A stretch of 64,000 nucleotides of DNA from Sminthopsis crassicaudata (lineage: Eukaryota): NCBI RefSeq assembly GCF_048593235.1, contig NC_133620.1, forward strand, positions 75,828,852-75,892,851, in the 5' to 3' direction. How positions within the stretch are numbered: position 1 is the first letter of the stretch; each line of letters begins with the position of its first letter. Made by a program: the position numbers and the translations under genes. The notes under the pieces are model-generated. The model ran no database searches and was not told the origin of the DNA. It saw only the letters and a program-made list of their open reading frames with translations. Positions 25,286 to 35,027 of the stretch are shown here, in pieces.

Positions 25286-25703
25286 ATGTTTGATATATTG
25301 CTTGAATATTTTCAGTTCATTACATGTTTCAATGTTTCCAAGTGATACAGATTTTGAATTGGAAAACATATTTGCAGAGCACTTTGAGTTTCAGAGAGTT
25401 CAGTGCTACATCGATATATATCATTTTTTAAGAAGGTAGTGTAGTTATTCAGAGCTTTTCAACATTATAATAGCAATTATAATGATCAAATAAATATCTT
25501 ACACTTTTTTCTTCCATAACACAATCTAAGTCATCAAAAAGAACAAAAAAGTCTTTCTTCTCAGACTTAAGAAATACTTGTTTTTTTTAAAAATCACAAA
25601 CAAAATTCCCATTTATATGAATTATTTCTCCAACAGAGGAGTACTTACTACCTTCTGTTACAGAAGATATCAAATAAAGTGGGGAACTTCACACAAATAT
25701 TCA

Positions 25704-25746
25704 TAAATAGATAAGTTAAAGAAATATTTTACTTAAATAAATAAAT
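25704..25746 (-). promoter_or_regulatory. AU-rich element cluster immediately after the stop codon
   Basis: Three overlapping AUUUA at 25734-25746 plus one at 25704-25708, the known position of the COX-2 ARE. Confidence 0.85.
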
Positions 25747-25761
25747 ATATTCAATTGGTGT

Positions 25762-26171
25762 CTATAGTTCAGTTGAACGTTCTTTTAGCAGTACTGTGGG
25801 ATTGATGTCATCAAGTCCAGAGTTTGATGAGCTGGCATTAATGGTTGCAGTTTTGGTGAGTTGAGAATCTTGAACACTGAATGCAGTGAAGGGACATCCC
25901 TTTACATTATTGCAGATTAGTGACTGGATTGAGGCTGTATTGATAATTTCAAAACCTACATCACCACCAAAAGTGCTAGGCTTCCAATAGTCAGGGGAAC
26001 AGATTGGGTTACCCATGAGTCCTTTGAGTGAGAAGGGTGCTCCCATTTCTACCATGGTCTCTCCAAAGATGGCACCTGGACGAGGTTTTTCTACTAGAAG
26101 AGCAGGATACAACTCCATAGCATCAATATCACCATAGAGGGCTTCTAGCTCAGCAGCCATTTCTTTCTCTC
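25762..26171 (-). CDS. PTGS2: PTGS2 exon 10 coding part
   Basis: 410 nt including TAG; [13 protein letters not shown]...GAPFSLKG...[25 protein letters not shown]; ttacag| acceptor. Confidence 0.98.
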
Positions 26172-29100
26172 CTGTAAGGATGAAAAAGACTGATTCAATA
26201 CATGGAAAACCTCACAAACTAGAATTTTATATGTCTATCTCCACAATTATTGTCACTTAACAGCACCCTACTTTCTTTTTTACCTGTCAGTTCTTCAAAT
26301 GAACTAAAAGGCTTGAGCATGAAGCGTTTTCTGTATTCATTTAGAGACTGGTATTTCATTTGTCTGCTCTGGTCAATTGAAGCAATGGAAACTTTCTTTA
26401 CTGCAAGTGGCACATTCTTGCCCCCAGCAACCTGTTGAAATAGAATAATGATATAAATGAAAACACTGAGTAAATTACAACACAGTTTTATTTTGAGAAC
26501 ATTCACGGTACACAGCCTTTGAATAAAAACTAAGTGTCATTTTCTTTTTCTCAGAAATAAAACAAAACAAAACAGGGAAATTACAATAAGAAATTTCCCT
26601 GTTTTGTTTTAATTCTATTTTAAAGGGGCAGTGGAGAATGAATTTAGAAATTTTATCATACATAAATGAAATCAATGTTCAAATTAGTAATGTCTGTAGT
26701 GAGATTAAAATTCTTTTAAAAAAATTAACATTTTGCTAAGATATGTAAATCTGAATGCTCATGGTTTTCCAGTTCATTTTAGTCTAAAAAGACTAAACAC
26801 TTTGAGAACTTTTCCTCTGATTTTAGGAGAAGCAAAGTAATCACATAGAAAAGGTAATTACTTATTATAATCCCTTGAATAATGGGAGACAAGAATAATG
26901 CTACATGTACATTAGGGATCTTGAAAACTACACAAGTTTTGAACCAGTTGCTTACCCGGCCAGCAATTTGCCTAGAGAATGATTCCACCATGTGGGAAAT
27001 TCCATGTTCCACTAATACAGAGTTGTTGTAAAGGAATTGCTGGTAACTATACTCTTTATCCTCAATTTGGAAGGTGTCAGGAAGTAGAGGATGCCAGTGG
27101 TAGAGGGTGTTAAACTCAGCAGCAATTCGGTTTTGGTACTGGAAGCTCTGACTGAACAGCAGTTCTGGGTCAAACTTCAGTTTGAAGTAATAACCACTCA
27201 AGTGTTGGACATAATCTTCAATTACAATCTTAATAGTCTCACCTATTTATATAAAACAAAATTAAACCAAAAGAGTCAAATCAAAATATTAAGAGTGTCT
27301 CTGTCTCTGTCTCTGTCTCTCTGTCTCTGTCTCTCTCTGTCTCTCTCTGTCTCTCAGAAAACACCAAAGATCCTTAACCTAGGAGAAACTTTGGGGATGG
27401 TTTCTTTATTCTTTTTCCCATCTTTGTTATTTGATGCATTTTCTCATATTTTACTGAGTAAAATTGACTATTTACTGCAGTGACAGGCAATGTGGTAGAA
27501 AGGACAGGAGCTATCTATAAGGAATCTGGGTTCAATTACAGCTTCTGTCACAAATTGGTAATATGATCCTGGAGTAAATCTCAACTTCTGAGGTGATTCT
27601 CTATAAAACTACAAGTTGAAGAGCAGTTGCATTAGTAGGAGAACTAACAACATGAGATACATTCATAGAAGGAATTTCCTTACTGGGGCCTTTTCTATAC
27701 CAGCAAAATCATAGTCTGGATTGAAAAAAATATTTAATGAACAAGAAGAATGTATCACTACAGGAAAAAACATCTCAGGATGTGTATTCTATTTAAATTA
27801 ATATGGAACATAATATTCTTTTGCAGGGGGCCCCTTGATTCTTTAAAATAAACTTAATATAGCAAAACTCTTCTTTCCAGATATGAAAGCTAATATCAAT
27901 CATTACTTATACCATAATGCAAAGATATGACTTACCAATCAGTATCAGTCTGCTGGTCTGGAACAATTGCTCATCATCCCATTCAGGATGTTCTTGTTTA
28001 AGGATATCACACACTCTGTTATGCTCTCGAAGCCATATTGTAGCATACATCATTAAACCTGGAACCAGGCCAAATACTTCTTGACCAACAGCAAATTTCA
28101 GATGCTCAGGAACATGAGGTGGATAGATCATTTCTGCCTGAGTATCTTTCACTAAAGGTGGATATACTTCTCCATCAATTACCTAAAAGAAAAAAAAAAA
28201 AGAGCAAAAGGTTAGGAAGAAAATGAGTGTTAAAAGTTTAAGGTAATTTTGTATAATAGGGAAACTTATTAAGGCTAGTGTAAAATATCATTTAAAAAGA
28301 TTGCTATTATATTAGTGCTAATTTAACTGTTATTATTAATATCTAAATTTTATTCTCTAACCAAAACATACCTGATATTTCATTTTTCCATCCTTGAAAA
28401 GCCGCAGTTTATATTGTCTTTCCAAATTTTCTCCATAAATATGATTTAAATCAACCTACAACAATAATTGGAGGAAAATTAAATTTACTGCTGCTTATGG
28501 GGTTGCTTCTTGCTTATAAAATATCAATTTGGAGACTATTATTAATATATTTTTATGATTGTTAAGGTTGTTATGCAGTCATTTAAATCATTACCCATTA
28601 AAATGTGTATTTTAAGAATTCAATAATCAATTTTCTCATGAGAAATTCATTTCTAATAAATATCTATAATATAGATTAAATTATTTCAGAAGGCAGAAAC
28701 AAGTCAAATGTGTTTAATGGTTTTTATTTTTCACAAATTTATGTGTTTATTATTTCATAATTACATAGGAATTATCAAATAAGTAAAGGGGAAAAGCCAA
28801 TGATCTAAACTTTTAAAATGACTTCACTAATATTATTGAACAGAAATTCTTAATGAATAATTTATAGCTCTATCCAGATTTCAAATGAAATAGTAATTTT
28901 AAAGGATAACAATTAGAATTCTGAATACACTTGAAGTTCAGAAATTTTAAGCTGAAAAGTCAGAGGAAACAAATACCAAGAGCAGAAGTAGAAACCATAG
29001 GTAAAAGTTGCAAAGTGACAAATTAAAGAAAATCCCAAATAAAATCTCATAATATCAAAGCTAGCCCAAAATGGAAAAGACCACTTTGATAAAGATGGGA

Positions 29101-29858
29101 AATGCATATCCCTTCTCACTTGTTTTTAAGCAAAGGCTGAAAAATAATTTATTGGGTATGTTGTAAATGAAGTTCTTTTACAGATAAGCATTCAATTATA
29201 TGGCCTTTGCAATTCAGAGATTTTTTGATCAAGCCTCAAAATGTGAAAAATAGAAAAATTCCACTAAAATGAACATCAAAGAAAGTGATGTGGAAATTGT
29301 GATAGTGGTCACATGCATTAAACACATTGCTTATATAAACTTTATATGCCCTTAAAATTGAAATCCACATTTTTTATCAACATGGGAAATTATTAAATTA
29401 CTGTGATTTGTCATAATTTTGATCTAACTCTTTGTCCTCTGGACTTACCCCATGTCCTAGTGCTTTTGTGAAGGCTGGGCCTCTGTGATGATCTGTTTTA
29501 AAGAATTGGTGAGTGAAATGTTGAGCAAAGAATGCAAACATCATATTTGTGCCTTGAGGGTCAGGAATAAACTTTCTTCTCAGAAGACATTTTTCCACAA
29601 CTTCTTTGGATTCAGGAAGCTGTTTTTTACCTAGAAATTAAAAATTTTAGTTTATAATCCCATATTTTTGAGGAAGCAGACCCAAGTTTGCAGTTTCCTA
29701 AGATATTCTTTTCTTTTTAGATATTCAAATTTAAGAAGAAGACTATAATATAATTGGCAAACTACATTTATTCTTTCAGTCGATTCCATTAAAACTAGAC
29801 AATTCCAACTAAGGAGAGTTAAATAGTGGAATTTTCCAAAACTTTCAACTATACTGAA

Positions 29859-29893
<35 letters not shown>

Positions 29894-31798
29894 AGGCTGG
29901 GGTTAAGTGACTTGCCCAGGGTCACACAGCTAGGAAGTGTTAAGTGTCTGAGATCAAATTTGAATTCGGGTCCTCCTGAATTCAAGACTGGTGCTCTATC
30001 CACTGCGCCACCTAGCTGCCCCCAAATATATTGAATCTTAATCTGAATGGTTTATGTCAAATGATAAATCTGTTTCAATCTACATTTTAAAAAGAATGGC
30101 AAACTGGAGTTGGATGATAGTTTTTTGAAATGACAAACTAATCTCTTTATAGTATTCCAAAGTCTAATTTTTTAGCTCAAATGAAAATTTTTAAATGCAT
30201 GACAGCAAATTCATGGAATCTGAGGGCCTTGTCTTACCTTTTACACCCATTGGAGTTGGGCAGTCATCTCTCACTGGGGGAAGAGCTCTAGTGTAGTAAG
30301 ACAGGTTAGAAAAGGCTTCCCAACTTTTGTAACCATAATGAACATTGTATGTTGGTGGGCTCTCAATTAGATTTGATCTTGCTGAAATTTAAAAAGAAAA
30401 TCATGTCTCAGACATTTCTACAAGCAGCATTTTTATTCTGTTTTATCTACAGAAATAGTAATATTAATCAGATTTTAACTATTATGGCAAAATAAATTAT
30501 TTTTAAAAAGTATCACCAAAAATTAAAACATGACAATTTTAGGCCAAAAGTTTGAATGACTATTTCTACTAATAATAGAGTGAATTACAAAGTATTAAAA
30601 TGCACCTTTTAATATAGGGTCTGAAATAAAGGAAACTATGTTTTTATAAAACAAATGAGAATAAACACATTCACTGCTCAACTGGCTTATGATTAGTGCA
30701 TTCCAGTCATTTTCATTTTTAAAATTAGGAAACATATTTTTGGAAATTCTATTTAGTAATATATACTATTGCAGGTTTCTTTATGGTTGTCTGAGCCCAT
30801 AAAGGAAAGCTAGGTTACTTACATGTCAACACATATCTCATCACAAAGTTCCGCAGAAAAGGGATATTGTTGACTATATTCCACACTGACTTGAAGTGGG
30901 TGAGGATGTAGTGAACTGTGTCTGGCGTGGGTTTTAGCATCAATTTTATCCTTGTCAGAAACTCAGCTGTGATAGTGACAGGAAAATAACAAAGGAAACA
31001 ACTGAATATTTTAGCCTCTGTCTCTGAGAATGACTTCAAAATTATTGAAACTTAAAAGGAAAACTTACGAGTTGTACAATTTTCTCCATAGAATCCTGTT
31101 CTGGTACAGTCACATTGGTATCGGTCAATACCTGTTGTCATACATACACCTCGGTTTTGACATGGATTTGAGCAGCACGGGTTTGCTAAAATGAAAAGAG
31201 GCTGAATAAGTGAACATTCTTTTCAATAGCCTCATCTTTATCTCATTCATTTGTTGTATAGTATATTATAATCCGATTTCACAATTACAATCTTGCAGAG
31301 GTAGTTTAAGGGAAAATGGCAATTTGTGCCATTTGCATTAGAAAATAACTGAGTTATACTTAGATCAATGTCTGTGTCTAAATAAGGGTAGCATCTACAG
31401 CATCCATTCTAGAGGGAAAAAGACATTCCTAAATTCTTACATATATATTATTTTCCTTTTTTTTTCTCTTCCCATTAACATCTTAACGAGACAAAACGAA
31501 TTTGATTGGGTCTAGTATTTTTGGAACCCTTTTCAAAGGAAAGTGACTTGTCCTTAATAAGACATAGTCAAACAGCTGAAAGACTTCTTTACGTGGTAAT
31601 ATTTTGGCAATCTAGCTGGTAAAAAATTAATGGGACGTAAGATGCCCTCCAAAGTGAAGAGATTCAGGCAGCAGAGGGTAGAGAAAGAGGGGCAGCCAGA
31701 GCTCCTGCTAGCTCTCCTGGAGCGTGTTGGGACTCACCTGCTTGGCTGAGCGCTAGGGCTGCAGACGCGATTAACAAGTATGCTATCCTTTTCATCAT
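25762..31798 (-). CDS. PTGS2: Prostaglandin G/H synthase 2 (cyclooxygenase-2), 10 coding exons, 607 aa
   Basis: Spliced exons (61+117+144+144+182+84+247+287+148+410=1824 nt) give an open frame MMKRIAYLL...KERSTEL*. It includes the EGF domain, R120, Y355, Y385/H388 (TLYHWH), S530 (GAPFS), the COX-2-specific V434/R513/V523 and the C-terminal insert with an NAS sequon (ovine COX-1 numbering). Confidence 0.99.
26284..26431 (-). CDS. PTGS2: PTGS2 exon 9
   Basis: 148 nt; [49 protein letters not shown]; caacag|, |gtaaaa. Confidence 0.98.
26956..27242 (-). CDS. PTGS2: PTGS2 exon 8 (catalytic Tyr385, haem His388)
   Basis: 287 nt; [24 protein letters not shown]...[14 protein letters not shown]...RQIAGR; aatag|, |gtaagc. 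Confidence 0.98.
27294..27354. repeat. (CTCTGT)n-type microsatellite in PTGS2 intron 7
   Basis: Seen directly. Confidence 0.95.
27480..27720 (+). mobile_element. CORE-SINE (Mar3-like) in PTGS2 intron 7
   Basis: Head 'ggcaatgtggtagaaagg...ctgggttcaattacagcttctg'; tail shared with ~33400-33560. Confidence 0.55.
27936..28182 (-). CDS. PTGS2: PTGS2 exon 7
   Basis: 247 nt; [18 protein letters not shown]...QTSRLILI; tttag|, |gtaagt. Confidence 0.98.
28372..28455 (-). CDS. PTGS2: PTGS2 exon 6
   Basis: 84 nt, absent from the ORF track; [28 protein letters not shown]; tgtag|, |gtatgt. Confidence 0.97.
29449..29630 (-). CDS. PTGS2: PTGS2 exon 5
   Basis: 182 nt; [61 protein letters not shown]; ttctag|, |gtaagt. 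Confidence 0.98.
29861..30023 (-). mobile_element. Young WSINE1-like SINE in PTGS2 intron 4
   Basis: Intact head GGGGGCAGCTAGGTGGCGCAGTGG, 32-nt poly(A), 15-bp TSD 29847-29861/30024-30038 (13/15). Confidence 0.93.
30238..30381 (-). CDS. PTGS2: PTGS2 exon 4
   Basis: 144 nt; [48 protein letters not shown]; tttcag|, |gtaaga. Confidence 0.98.
30823..30966 (-). CDS. PTGS2: PTGS2 exon 3 (membrane-binding helices)
   Basis: 144 nt; [47 protein letters not shown]; acag|, |gtaagt. Confidence 0.98.
31069..31185 (-). CDS. PTGS2: PTGS2 exon 2 (EGF-like domain)
   Basis: 117 nt; [39 protein letters not shown]; tttag| acceptor, |gtaagt donor. Confidence 0.98.
31738..31798 (-). CDS. PTGS2: PTGS2 exon 1 coding part (signal peptide [20 protein letters not shown])
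   Basis: ATG ATG at 31798/31795 after ccctccgccgtg; donor CAG|gtgagt; phase 1 fits exon 2. Confidence 0.93.
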
Positions 31799-31897
31799 CA
31801 CGGCGGAGGGCGGAGCGATTGCCAGTAGGGAAAGTCCTCTCGTTTTCCAGTCACTCTAGCTCTTGGTCTTGCTCTTGCTCTTGCTTTTCGTAACTAG
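31799..31897 (-). other. PTGS2: PTGS2 5' UTR (TSS estimated)
   Basis: TSS placed about 30 nt downstream of the TATA-like box; no upstream ATG; contains a short (AAGAGC)-like hexamer run at 31858-31885. Confidence 0.6.
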
Positions 31898-31920
31898 CTG
31901 AGTGCCTGGCCGCCTCTCAA

Positions 31921-31927
31921 TTTTAAA
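31921..31927 (-). promoter_or_regulatory. TATA-like box TTTAAAA
   Basis: About 15 nt downstream of the E-box, similar to the eutherian PTGS2 E-box/TATA arrangement. Confidence 0.7.
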
Positions 31928-31941
31928 GCAATCTAGCTCCC

Positions 31942-31947
31942 CACGTG
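31942..31947. promoter_or_regulatory. E-box CACGTG (USF type) at the CRE/E-box position of PTGS2
   Basis: Minus strand reads agtcatctcatCACGTGgg, matching the known PTGS2 CRE/E-box context. Confidence 0.8.
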
Positions 31948-31970
31948 ATGAGATGACTCGGCTTCCGCTG

Positions 31971-31979
31971 GTTGCGAAA
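31971..31979 (-). promoter_or_regulatory. C/EBP (NF-IL6)-like site TTTCGCAAC
   Basis: Resembles the eutherian PTGS2 NF-IL6 elements (TTACGCAAT/TTGCGCAAC); adjacent to ETS-like GCGGAAG. Confidence 0.55.
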
Positions 31980-32809
31980 GCATCCCCCGTTCGTAGCTCG
32001 CTCGTAGGTAGGTGGGTGGGAGGTGGGGGTGCGACACTGCTTACTCTTCTCTTAACCACAATAATCAGAATTTTAACGGGATGTGTATGCTCCCCCACCC
32101 CCATCGTCCCGGACTGCGAAGATACCTTCCCTTCCCCAAATGACCTTTCCCTTGGTCTCTTTGGAAGAAAAACTTCAGCCTCAACCAGTGGGAACCGGGA
32201 AGAGCCATACAAAGCCGGCGGCCGGCAATCCCAGACTCAGTAACCTTGGAGTGAAGGGGCGCGCAACAGGGACCTAAGGCTTCTCCGGCGCTGCTATCCT
32301 CCTCTATCAGCCAGCGTACGTCTTGAAGAGCCGCAGTGCTAGGGACGCATCCTCCGGGGTCCGCATCCGTCCAGACCTCAGGGGGTTGTCTGGGATGCCG
32401 CGCTGGGACTGAGTTTGGAATGGGGTGGGGGAGAGTGACTGTATTCCCCAGCTGCCCATTATGTGTGACCCTATCTGGGCACGCTGTATGTTTCTGACAA
32501 AAGGCAAAAAACAGTATGTGAATGTACCTTACGTGTAGGTAATATGACATTTATGCACTCCTTTAGCAGCCATTTGCTGTATTTGAACGGTAAGATTCAT
32601 TTTAATAGTGCTGCAATATTTTAAACCAGAATATTTTATGAAAGAAACATGTACATGCATAAGCATATGGATTTATAGGTACTCTACGAAGAAAACTTTT
32701 ACCCCAATAAAAACAATTTGTAAATGTTTATATGATGAACTGTAATAAGGGTAATAATAGAGGTAATGAATAAATTCCTCTGTACATGTCTATCTCTCCC
32801 CACCTCGAT

Positions 32810-32922
32810 CCATCTTTCTGTCTCTCTCTTTTTCTTTCTTTGTCTCTGTCTCTTTTTTGTCTCTCTGTCTTTGTCTCTCTGTGTCTCTGTCTCTGTCTCT
32901 GTCTCTGTCTCTGTCTCTGTCT
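32810..32922. repeat. (TCTCTG)n / CT-rich microsatellite upstream of PTGS2
   Basis: Seen directly. Confidence 0.95.
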
Positions 32923-35027
32923 CGGGTAATTTCCCCCTCCCCCTCTCTCTCCTTCTGGACATGTGGCTCTATGAAAGAACTATAAGTCTGAATCGTAGCA
33001 TAGATGTTTGATTTGAGTGCAATTATGATTATAGATTATCTACCTTTTTTTTAGGACACTGATGGTCACAGGTATAAAGATTTTTTACCTTTCATAAATT
33101 CCCTGATAAGATGAGAGCTAATTAAATACTATTTTAGAAATTTAAAATTAATCCCAGAATTAATTATTCTTTTTATATATATTCTTATCGATAGTTATGA
33201 TAATATTTATTATATATTAATATAAAATATATTATATAATATTAATTAATAAATACTCTTATTAATTAAAAATCAGTTATTCATTCATATATTTATTACA
33301 AAACTTCCATGTATGGTTCTGCTGGAGTACTATTATTCTGAGCTGGAACACAAATAATTTTTAACGGAGTATTATAATCATCAGTAACTTTATTTAGCAC
33401 CTCTTTGAAGGTGCTTACTGTGTGATCCTGGCCAAATCTAGTAACTTCTCAGTGTTCTAAGTCCGGAAGACTATCAGACAGCAGAAAAGAAGGTTCTGAT
33501 CAGCATTAGTATTAGGAATTTTCCTCGTAGGAGAGTTCTTTCTTCCAATGAAACCACAGTTCCAACAGTCCTTATTCCTCTTTATTCTCCTTTCCTCTTC
33601 TCTCCTCTCCTTTTCTCTTCTCTCTTCTCTTTTCCTTTTCTCTTCTTTTTTCCTGCTTTTCTCTCCACACTTCTTCATGTATTGAGACTTATGTGTATTT
33701 GTATGAATAGAGACAATTCAAAGATGAGAGTAAATAGAGCTGAAAACAAGGGGAAAAACTTAGTCCTTTAGCATTTTACTAGAAGCCTATGATAGAATTT
33801 GATTCCCAGGTCATGATGGAAATCCAATGTAATAAATGCTGATGGAAATATAATAAATAATCTAGTGTAATCTAGATCTAACCTCCTATGAACTAGGAAA
33901 GCTCATCTGGCAGTGTAATACTAGTCATTTAGTCCAGAGGCCAGCATCTCATTTATGCTGGAAAATACTTATTAGTTTTGCATGGCAGGTTTTTTAGATA
34001 CACACAATACTCTTTGGAGCTGGAACCTTCAGGGCTTATCTCAATCATACACAGTGCCAACTCTCAGTCATGGTATGCTCTCTACTGAAAATTTTCAAGA
34101 AATTCTTTTGTATCTTTGATTCTCTTTAAACTTATTTACAATAGGATTCTCAGGTGACAAAACCCAAAATATTTAATTTGTTAGGTAGTTATAGCTTATC
34201 AAATAGTCTATTTGAGTTAAACTATAGGTAAATGAATTTACTCAAACATAAATAAGGTATAGTACTTGACCTCAAAGCCTTTAAATCTAGTGGTACTTAA
34301 CCATATTCTCTTTGTCTCCCCGCCCTTTTTTTGAGTCACTACTCAAATTATTTTTTTATCAAAAATACTTTTTTAGGGGCCTGGAGTTACTTTTGTGATA
34401 GGAGCTATTCAGTTATAGTAGTAAATTACCAGGAAGATGAAAACAGCAAACACTTCTTGAAGGGAAGACTAGATTTTCACCAAATCAGAATCTAACATTT
34501 GAATAGTCTTTCTAAAGGAAAACCACAGTTGATTAATACATTTCACAAGAAAATTATATCGATAGCTAATTTCTGGGAATGGGGGGACTGTGTAAAATTT
34601 TTTGAAAAGTTTTCAAAACTCGTTAACAAGACAGTGAAACATTTTATGTAGCAAAAATGGAAAAGTACTTCAAATTGCTGAAAGGGATCATAAGGTGACT
34701 CAGGAGTATGAAAGCATCATTATGGCTAGTTTTATGTGGTTTACTTTACTGTTTTATAAGATTGAGGTTGAGGGGTAAGAAGGCAGAGAATTGCAGCAAA
34801 AACTCAAATTAAAGTTTGGCTGTAGCAGCTATAACATACTTTTTGTGGTGGTGTTTCTGTGTTTATGGATATATGTATGTATGTATATGTTAACTAATTA
34901 ACATGTAAATGTTTACATACTTTAAATTATACAGAATATATGTTATTTATAAAATATATAAGCACATATCTCTAATACATATAAATATTCTATAAACTTA
35001 TGAACTCTATTTCTTTTATTCATTTCT

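Larger units (their letters stand above)
22835..25761 (-). other. PTGS2: PTGS2 3' UTR (distal end estimated)
   Basis: Runs from the stop codon to the first minus-strand AATAAA; the distal ~150 nt resembles the human PTGS2 mRNA end as I recall it. Confidence 0.65.
31720..32480. promoter_or_regulatory. CpG island / PTGS2 promoter
   Basis: About 40 CpGs (hand count) in ~760 bp of an otherwise CpG-depleted window; spans exon 1 and upstream sequence. Confidence 0.9.

Noticed and set aside
30815-31039. ORF beginning in intron 2 and reading into exon 3 as an alternative N-terminus
   Set aside because: It starts at TTG, would lack the signal peptide and EGF domain, and has no promoter evidence.
31186-31737. 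COX-3-like in-frame retention of intron 1 (552 nt, a multiple of 3)
   Set aside because: TGA occurs after 24 intronic codons. Introns 2 and 6 are also multiples of 3 but contain early in-frame stops.
31856-32550. ORFs of 113-161 aa on both strands over the promoter
   Set aside because: GC-rich CpG-island sequence depleted of stop codons; several use non-ATG starts; no recognisable domain.
32699-33011. ORFs with ETETET / SVSVSV runs, and similar HTHT/CVCV ORFs elsewhere
   Set aside because: Translations of microsatellites.
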